DNA of 63,290 nucleotides, from assembly GCA_038229875.1 (NCBI GenBank), contig JBBROA010000005.1, positions 1-63,290 of the forward strand, in the 5' to 3' direction. Below the pieces are notes generated by a model. That model was given only the letters and a program-made list of their open reading frames with translations, searched no databases and was not told the origin of the DNA. Origin of the DNA: Thermoanaerobaculia bacterium. GTDB taxonomy: Bacteria; Acidobacteriota; Thermoanaerobaculia; UBA5066; Gp7-AA6. This document shows positions 57,018 to 63,290 of the stretch, in pieces (position 1 is the first letter of the stretch; every line of letters begins with the position of its first letter). The translations under genes were made by a program, and so were the position numbers.

Positions 57018-58565
57018 GTGCTGCCTGAATTCAAAAACGAGCCCTTTACCGACTTTTCCGTGGAATCGAACCGCGCGGCCTTTGCCGGCGCGCTCGCGAA
57101 AATCGAATCGCGCCTTCCGATCCAGGGGACGAACCGGATCGGCGGTGAGCGGGTCTCGGCCGCGAAGCGGTTCGAGTCGGTCAACCCCTGCCGCAAGACG
57201 CAAATCATCGGCAGCTTCCCCGAGGGGACGGTCGAAGACGCGAACCACGCCATCGACGCCGCAGCCAGGGCGTTCGCAACCTGGGGACGGACGAGCCCGA
57301 AGGAGCGTTGGGAGCTGGTGCTCAGAATCGCGAAGATCCTGCGCGACCGCAAGCACGAGTTCTCCGCGATGATGGTCCTGGAGGAGTCGAAGTCCTGGGC
57401 GGAAGCGGACGGCGACACGGCGGAGGCGATCGACTTCTGCGAGTTCTATGCTCGCGACATGGAGCGGCTCGCGAGCCCGGAGCCTCTGACGCCCTACCCC
57501 GGCGAGGAGAACGAGCTCGAATACCTCCCGCTCGGCGTCTGCGCCGTGATCCCTCCGTGGAACTTTCCCCTGGCGATCCTGGCGGGGATGACGACCGCCG
57601 CGCTCGTGACCGGCAACACGGTTGTCTTGAAGCCCTCCTCCGACTCGCCCGCGATCGCGACGATGTGTCTCGACGCCGCCGAAGAGGCCGGACTCCCGCC
57701 GGGCGTCCTGAACTTCGTCACCGGCGGCGGCGCGACGGTCGGAAACGCCCTCGTCGAGAACCCGAAGACCCGGATGGTCGCATTCACCGGATCGCGCGAC
57801 GTGGGCGTCGAGATCAGCGAAAAGACGGGCCGCGTGCCGAAGGGCCAGATCTGGATCAAGCGCGCGATCCTCGAGATGGGCGGCAAGGACTTCATCCTGG
57901 TCGATGAAACCGCGGACCTCGAGGAGGCCGCGAAGGGCGTCGTCGCCGCGGCGTTCGGGTTCCAGGGGCAGAAGTGCTCCGCGTGCTCGCGCCTGATCGT
58001 TCACGAAAAGGTGCACGACGAGCTCCTCGCGAAGGTCGTCGAGAAAACCGCGCAGCTGAAGGTCGGGGACGTTCGGGACCCGGGCACCCAGGTAGGGGCC
58101 GTCATCAACGAGCGCGCGCAGAAGCGGATCCTCGAGTACGTGGACATCGGCCGGCGCGAAGGCAAGATCGTGGCGGGCGGCAGACCCGGGCCGGCTGAAG
58201 GGTTTTTCGTGCTTCCGACGATCGTCGACGGCGTCAAGCCGGGAGCGCGGCTCGAGCAGGAAGAGATCTTCGGCCCGGTGCTGGCGGTCATTCCCGTGTC
58301 GAGCTTCGAAGAGGGCATCGCCGTCGCGAACGACACCGAGTACGGGCTGACGGGCGCCCTGTACTCGAGCGACCGGGAGCGGCTCGACCGGGGGAAGCGC
58401 GAGCTCTTCTGCGGCAACCTGTACCTGAACCGCAAGTGCACCGGCGCGCTCGTCGGCGTGCACCCGTTCGGCGGGTTCAACATGTCCGGGACGGACTCGA
58501 AGGCCGGCGGCCGCGAATACCTCTATCTCTTCACGCAGGCGAAGGCGATCTCGGAAAAGATCTGA
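57018..58565 (+). CDS. pruA: L-glutamate gamma-semialdehyde (P5C) dehydrogenase, RocA/PruA type
   Basis: FKNEP, PWNFP, FTGS, EMGGKD, GQKCSACSR, HPFGGFNMSGTDSKAGG; GGAGG RBS. Confidence 0.93.
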   Translation: MLPEFKNEPFTDFSVESNRAAFAGALAKIESRLPIQGTNRIGGERVSAAKRFESVNPCRKTQIIGSFPEGTVEDANHAIDAAARAFATWGRTSPKERWELVLRIAKILRDRKHEFSAMMVLEESKSWAEADGDTAEAIDFCEFYARDMERLASPEPLTPYPGEENELEYLPLGVCAVIPPWNFPLAILAGMTTAALVTGNTVVLKPSSDSPAIATMCLDAAEEAGLPPGVLNFVTGGGATVGNALVENPKTRMVAFTGSRDVGVEISEKTGRVPKGQIWIKRAILEMGGKDFILVDETADLEEAAKGVVAAAFGFQGQKCSACSRLIVHEKVHDELLAKVVEKTAQLKVGDVRDPGTQVGAVINERAQKRILEYVDIGRREGKIVAGGRPGPAEGFFVLPTIVDGVKPGARLEQEEIFGPVLAVIPVSSFEEGIAVANDTEYGLTGALYSSDRERLDRGKRELFCGNLYLNRKCTGALVGVHPFGGFNMSGTDSKAGGREYLYLFTQAKAISEKI

Positions 58566-58579
58566 GAAGCGGAGCGGGC

Positions 58580-59740
58580 GTGTCAGACGAGATTTACCCC
58601 GCGCCCGCGCGGCGATTCGCGTCGGTCGGATTCTCCGAGATCGTCCAGGTCCGGAATCGCGTTCTCGCGCTGCTCGCGCAGGGGCATCGCGTCTGGCGCT
58701 TCGAGGGCGGCGAGCCGTACATGCCGACCCCGGAGCCGATCAAGGCCGCGATGACCGCCGCTCTCGCCCGCAACGAGACCCGCTATGCGCCCTCCTCCGG
58801 GGTCCCGGAGCTGCGGCGGGCGATCCTGGCGAAGGTGAGGGACAGAAACCAGATCCCCGCGGATGACGAGAGCCCGATCGTCGTGAACGGCGGAATGCAC
58901 GGCCTCTTCGCGGCGTTCGCGACGCTGCTCGATGAGGGAGACGAGGTCCTGATGCTGTCGCCGTACTGGACGCCGATCGTCGACGTCATCCGGTACCACG
59001 GCGCCGCGCCTGTGCTCGTCTCGGCCGAGGAGGCGGGCCGCGACGGCTTGACCGCGGCGCTTTCCAGAAAGCTTTCGAAAAAGACGAAACTCCTTTACTG
59101 GAACTCGCCGACGAACCCGACCGGGCAGGTCTTCTCGCGCGCGCAGGTCGAGGAGGTCGCCGCGTTCGTGAACGACCGGGGTCTCGCGCTGATCTCCGAC
59201 GAGGCGTACGAGGACCTGATCTACGAAGGAGAGGGGCACGTCTCCCCCGCCTCGTTTCCGGGTCTCTCCGAGCGGACCATCTCCGTCTTCACGATGTCCA
59301 AGACCTACTCGATGACGGGCTGGCGCGCCGGGTACGTCATCGTGCCGAAGCGCTGGCGTGCCGCCATTCAGACCGCGGTCCTGTATTCGATCAACGGCGT
59401 GTCGACGCCGACGCAGTGGGCGATGCTGGAAGCCCTGGCGATGCCGCCGGACTTTCTCGAAGAGGCGAAGGCGGGATATCGACGCCGCCGGGATGCTCTC
59501 GTGGCGGGCCTGCGCTCTGCCGGGTTCGAGCTCGAAACCCCGCGCGCGGCGCTCTACCTCTTCCCGAAAATCCCCGCGTCTCTGGGGGCGGGCTCTACCG
59601 CCGCGGCCACCGCACTCCTCGACACGAAGCGGATTGCGACCGTGCCCGGAATCGTCTTCGGACCCGAGGGAGAAGGGCATCTTCGGTTCTCGTTCTCCGT
59701 GCCGGAAGAGACGATCCGTGGGGGGATAGAAGCGCTTTAG
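58580..59740 (+). CDS. PLP-dependent aminotransferase class I/II (aspartate aminotransferase-like)
   Basis: GEP, NSPTNPTG, DEAY, SKTYSMTGWRAG. Confidence 0.92.
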   Translation: MSDEIYPAPARRFASVGFSEIVQVRNRVLALLAQGHRVWRFEGGEPYMPTPEPIKAAMTAALARNETRYAPSSGVPELRRAILAKVRDRNQIPADDESPIVVNGGMHGLFAAFATLLDEGDEVLMLSPYWTPIVDVIRYHGAAPVLVSAEEAGRDGLTAALSRKLSKKTKLLYWNSPTNPTGQVFSRAQVEEVAAFVNDRGLALISDEAYEDLIYEGEGHVSPASFPGLSERTISVFTMSKTYSMTGWRAGYVIVPKRWRAAIQTAVLYSINGVSTPTQWAMLEALAMPPDFLEEAKAGYRRRRDALVAGLRSAGFELETPRAALYLFPKIPASLGAGSTAAATALLDTKRIATVPGIVFGPEGEGHLRFSFSVPEETIRGGIEAL

Positions 59741-59837
59741 CGGCGGCGGGTCAGGGTCGCACGGAGGCCGCTTCAATCGGCGCATCGCGATGTCGGCCTG
59801 GTCAGCTCCAAGTCGAACCAAGACCGCCTATCTGCGG

Positions 59838-59946
59838 GCCCCCGCACCCCCACCCACCCCGAGCGCGGGGAGAGCGAGTAAAGCTGCGCCGCTGGACCGT
59901 GGCTCGCCCGAGCGGTCGCAATGGGCGGAAGCGACGTACGAAAACG
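59838..59946. repeat. Short, internally deleted and diverged copy of the structured repeat
   Basis: Left part ccccgagcgcggggagagcgagtaaagctgcgc resembles copy A; right end including the stop is 23/33 identical to 13-45; ends at a TAA. Confidence 0.6.
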
Positions 59947-60717
59947 TTACCGCTTGTACGAATCCGGTCGCACGTCCTCCAGCGCGGGGAACCTCGCGCG
60001 CATCTGGCTCACGAGCGCCGGCGAGATCTCGCCGAAGAGGACCGTCTCCCCCGCGCCCGCTTCCGCGAGAACCTCGCCCATAGGGTCGATGAGGGCGGAG
60101 TCGCCGACGTAGGAAAGCCCGCCGCCCTCTCCGGCGCGATTCACACCTATGACGTACGCCTGGTTCTCGATCGCGCGGGCTCGCAGCAGCGCGCGCCAGT
60201 GCTCCCGCCGGGAATCGGGCCAGTTCGCGATGACGGCGTACACGTCGGTGTCCCTCGCCGCGAGGCGGAAGGGCTCCGGAAAGCGCAGGTCGTAGCAGAT
60301 GAGCGGCGTGACGCGAACACCCTCCACGGTCGCGGTCACGACGCGCTCGCCATGCGCGTAGTGCCGGGCTTCCCCGCCGAACGTGAACGGGTGGATCTTG
60401 GCGTACCGCGTCACCGCGCCGTTGGGCGACACGAGCAGGGCAACGTTTCTCGGCTTCGGCTGCCCCGCCTCGGGGACGCTCGCGAGCAGCCAGATCCCGA
60501 GGCTCGCCGCCGTTTCCCGCAGGAAGGTCTCCGACGCTCCCCCTTCGGGCTGCGCGACCCGGCCGGGCGCCATCGAAAACCCGGTCGAAAACATCTCGGG
60601 AAGCACGGCGAGCCGTGCGCCCCCTCTCGAGGCCTCGATCGCGAGTCGAAGAGCGCGGCGGTGGTTCTCCTCGACGTCTTCCCACGCGAGGTCCATCTGC
60701 AGGAGGGCTAGGCGCAT
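59947..60717 (-). CDS. Carbon-nitrogen hydrolase (omega-amidase YafV/Nit-like)
   Basis: LPEMFSTG, YAKIHPF, ICYDLRFPE, RAIENQ. Confidence 0.92.
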   Translation of the reverse strand: MRLALLQMDLAWEDVEENHRRALRLAIEASRGGARLAVLPEMFSTGFSMAPGRVAQPEGGASETFLRETAASLGIWLLASVPEAGQPKPRNVALLVSPNGAVTRYAKIHPFTFGGEARHYAHGERVVTATVEGVRVTPLICYDLRFPEPFRLAARDTDVYAVIANWPDSRREHWRALLRARAIENQAYVIGVNRAGEGGGLSYVGDSALIDPMGEVLAEAGAGETVLFGEISPALVSQMRARFPALEDVRPDSYKR

Positions 60718-61865
60718 AACTTCTGTAGCCTCGCGACGGCGGTCTCCAGCGTGTGGTCCTTCTTGCAGAACGCGAACCGGACGTAGCTCCTGCCGAGCCT
60801 CTTGTGATCGTAGAACGCGCTCGGCGGAATCGCAGCGACGCCGCAGGTCTCGATCAGCATCCGGCAGAACTTGACGTCGTCCTTGAACCCGAAGGAACGG
60901 ATGCCGGCGCACACGAAGTACGTTCCCGCCGGAGACTCGACCTCGAAACCGATCCTCGCGAGCTCGCGGACCAGGTAATCGCGCTTGCCGCGATAGGTGT
61001 CGCGCAGGAGGCCTATGTATTCGGTGCCGAGGGAGAGGGCGACGGCCGCCGCGTGCTGCAGCGGCGTCGCGGTCGCAAACGTCACGAACTGGTGCGCGGC
61101 GCGGACCGCTTCCGTCAGCGGAGCCGGCGCGGCGGCCCAGCCGATCTTCCAGCCGGTCAGCGAGAACGTCTTTCCGAAGCTCGAGATCGTGATCGTTCTC
61201 TCGCGCATGCCGGGCAGTGTCGCCATCGGAATGTGGGCCCCGTCGTACACGAGGTGCTCGTAGACCTCGTCGGTAATGCAGATGACGTTGCGCTCGCGGC
61301 AGAGTGCGGCGATTGCCTCCAGCTCTTCGCGCGTGAAGACCTTCCCAGTCGGGTTGTGCGGCGAGTTCACCACGATCGCGCGGGTCTTTGGCCCGAAAGC
61401 CGCAGCCAGCGCGTCGGGGTCGAACCGCCAGCCGGGCGCGTGCAGGGTGACGATCCGCGGCCGCGCTCCCGCCATGCGGACGCATGCCTTGTACGAGTCG
61501 TAATAGGGCTCGAAGAGGACCACTTCGTCGCCCGGGCCGCACGTCCCGCCGATCGCGTCGAAGATGGCCTCGGTGGCCCCGGACGTGACGGTGAACTCTT
61601 CGCCTTCGACGTAGTCGAGTCCGTAATCCCGCCGGTATCGGGCGGCCAGCGCGGAATGGAGGTCGGGAAGGCCGGACCCGCGCGCGTACTGCCCGCGCCC
61701 GTCGCGGATCGCCGCGATCGCAGCTTCCTTGACGAACTCGGGGCCGTCGAAGTCGGGGAAGCCCTGTGCGAGGTTGACCGCGCCGTGCTCGTTGGCGAGG
61801 CGGGTCATCTCCGAGAAGATCGTCGTCCCGAAGCCCTGGAGTCTCCGGGCGATCGGCGGGCGCAT
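60708..61865 (-). CDS. YbdL-like methionine/glutamine-2-oxoacid aminotransferase
   Basis: TTIFSEM, NLAQGFPD, NSPHNPTGK, DEVY, SFGKTFSLTGWKIG, RFAFCK. Confidence 0.9.
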   Translation of the reverse strand: MRPPIARRLQGFGTTIFSEMTRLANEHGAVNLAQGFPDFDGPEFVKEAAIAAIRDGRGQYARGSGLPDLHSALAARYRRDYGLDYVEGEEFTVTSGATEAIFDAIGGTCGPGDEVVLFEPYYDSYKACVRMAGARPRIVTLHAPGWRFDPDALAAAFGPKTRAIVVNSPHNPTGKVFTREELEAIAALCRERNVICITDEVYEHLVYDGAHIPMATLPGMRERTITISSFGKTFSLTGWKIGWAAAPAPLTEAVRAAHQFVTFATATPLQHAAAVALSLGTEYIGLLRDTYRGKRDYLVRELARIGFEVESPAGTYFVCAGIRSFGFKDDVKFCRMLIETCGVAAIPPSAFYDHKRLGRSYVRFAFCKKDHTLETAVARLQKLCA

Positions 61866-62081
61866 CACGGGATCATAGCTTTCGACGCCAGCTGGCAGCT
61901 GTCAGCTGTGAGGTGGTCACCGTCCCGATAACCCGCCGCCATCCCCCTCAGCGGAAACCCGGCACGGGCCCCCCTGAATCCCAGGGGTTCCCGGGGACCT
62001 ATTTGAAATCCGGGTAATCTGTCGCCCGGGCAAACAGGAACCTTCAGCGGCCGACAGCTGGGCGCTGCGAAAGAAAGACCG

Positions 62082-63029
62082 ATGGCATCCAGGAAACTTC
62101 ACTACCGCGTCGCGATCATCGGGTCCGGGCCCGCCGGATGGACGGCCGCCCTCTACGCGTCGCGCGCCGACCTCGAGCCCGTCGTCTTCGAAGGGCCGCA
62201 GCCGGGAGGGCAGCTGACGATCACGACAGAGGTGGAGAACTACCCCGGCTTTCGGAACGGGATCCAGGGTCCGGAGATGATGGAGATCTTCCGGGAACAG
62301 GCGGTGCGCTTCGGGACCGAGGTCGTGCTCGACACGGTCGTCGAAGTGGATTTCGAGGCGCGGCCGTTCCGGATGACGCTCGATGGCGGCGGGCGGCTCA
62401 CCGCCGACTCGATCATCGTCGCGTCGGGCGCGTCCGCCAAGCTTCTCGGCATCGAGTCCGAGGCTCGCCTGATGGGCCACGGGGTCTCCGCGTGCGCGAC
62501 CTGCGACGGCTTCTTCTTCAAGGGCAAGGAAGTGATCGTCGTCGGCGGAGGCGACACCGCGATGGAGGAGGCCACTTTCCTGTCGAAGTTTGCCCCGAAA
62601 GTGACGATCGTGCACCGGCGGGAGGACTTCCGCGCCTCGAAGATCATGCTCGACCGCGCCCGGACGAACCCCCGCATCCACTGGAAGTTGAACGCGGCCG
62701 TTCAGGAGATCCACGCGGACGCGGGGACCGTCACCGGCGTGACGCTGGAGGACACCCGCGACGGGTCGATCTCGCAACTCGCCACGCAGGGCGTGTTCAT
62801 CGCAATCGGCCACTCGCCGAACACCGCGCTCTTCCGAGGAAAGCTCGCGATGAACGACGTCGGATACCTGATCGTGCACCACCCGACTACCCGAACGTCG
62901 GTCGAGGGGGTTTTTGCAGCCGGCGACGTGGCGGACCCGATCTACCGCCAGGCGGTTTCGGCGGCGGGCGAAGGGTGCAAGGCCGCGATCGACGCCGAGC
63001 GATGGCTCCAGTCGCACGGAATTCACTGA
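62082..63029 (+). CDS. trxB: Thioredoxin reductase
   Basis: GSGPAG, ENYPGF, CATCDG, GGGDTA, HRR, YRQA. Confidence 0.97.
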   Translation: MASRKLHYRVAIIGSGPAGWTAALYASRADLEPVVFEGPQPGGQLTITTEVENYPGFRNGIQGPEMMEIFREQAVRFGTEVVLDTVVEVDFEARPFRMTLDGGGRLTADSIIVASGASAKLLGIESEARLMGHGVSACATCDGFFFKGKEVIVVGGGDTAMEEATFLSKFAPKVTIVHRREDFRASKIMLDRARTNPRIHWKLNAAVQEIHADAGTVTGVTLEDTRDGSISQLATQGVFIAIGHSPNTALFRGKLAMNDVGYLIVHHPTTRTSVEGVFAAGDVADPIYRQAVSAAGEGCKAAIDAERWLQSHGIH

Positions 63030-63030
63030 G

Positions 63031-63153
63031 TTGACGTCCCGGGACCCGTACCCGCGCAACACCTCGCTCGGGTCGCTCGTCCTCTACGTGCTCGGCTTCA
63101 TGGCCGCGCTGGCTGCCCTCGCCTTTGCAGCCGCCTGGCTTCTGCGGCGCTAG
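63031..63153 (+). CDS. Putative 40 aa single-TM protein
   Basis: TTG 1 nt after the trxB stop; SLVLYVLGFMAALAALAFAAAWLLRR; GC-rich third positions. Confidence 0.5.
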   Translation: MTSRDPYPRNTSLGSLVLYVLGFMAALAALAFAAAWLLRR

Positions 63154-63290
63154 CAGCCCGTGGAAAAAGGGTGTGGGATGGCGTTGCGAGCGCCGCGGGG
63201 CCGGCTGGGAGGCGACGCGACGAAGGCGATGCTGTTCGCATCGGGGAGGAGCGGCAACGATGCAGACGGCCCCGCGCCGCCGCAACCCGC
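63151..63290. mobile_element. Probable MITE-like palindromic element, cut by window edge
   Basis: Begins TAGCAGCCCGTGGAAAAAG; nested inverted repeats gttgcg/cgcaac, cgcggggccg/cggccccgcg, cgatgc/gcatcg. Confidence 0.45.

Overview
High-GC bacterial chromosomal window. The Tes-like radical SAM gene, stand-alone Fis-type HTH, YfhO-type proteins and kinase-TolB/TPR receptors suggest Acidobacteriota (inference, not verified). Most of it is housekeeping or envelope genes (thiO, cyclophilin, tatA, bamD, rpe, nfo, rseP, dxr, uppS, cdsA, truA, copA, queE, queC, clpB, HtrA, gltX, tRNA-Gln(CTG), moeB, P5C dehydrogenase, trxB). Three accessory patches interrupt them: (i) a GT-C/YfhO glycosylation cluster with two frameshifted methyltransferases (12.3-20.9 kb), (ii) a phosphoesterase gene bracketed by cdsA and a diverged second copy of the cdsA 3' end, (iii) an 8 kb block between gltX and the 3' end of tRNA-Gln. 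Most notable signals: (1) a ~250 bp structured repeat with compensatory base changes, whose four copies all end at the stop codon of a minus-strand gene; (2) ~3 kb single-gene modules stacked behind tRNA-Gln and separated by related 30 bp att-like sites, with no integrase; (3) a tetraether-synthase-like radical SAM enzyme; (4) a candidate multi-stem ncRNA at 6570-6716. No CRISPR array, rRNA, transposase or integrase was seen. All calls come from reading motifs by eye; no searches were run.
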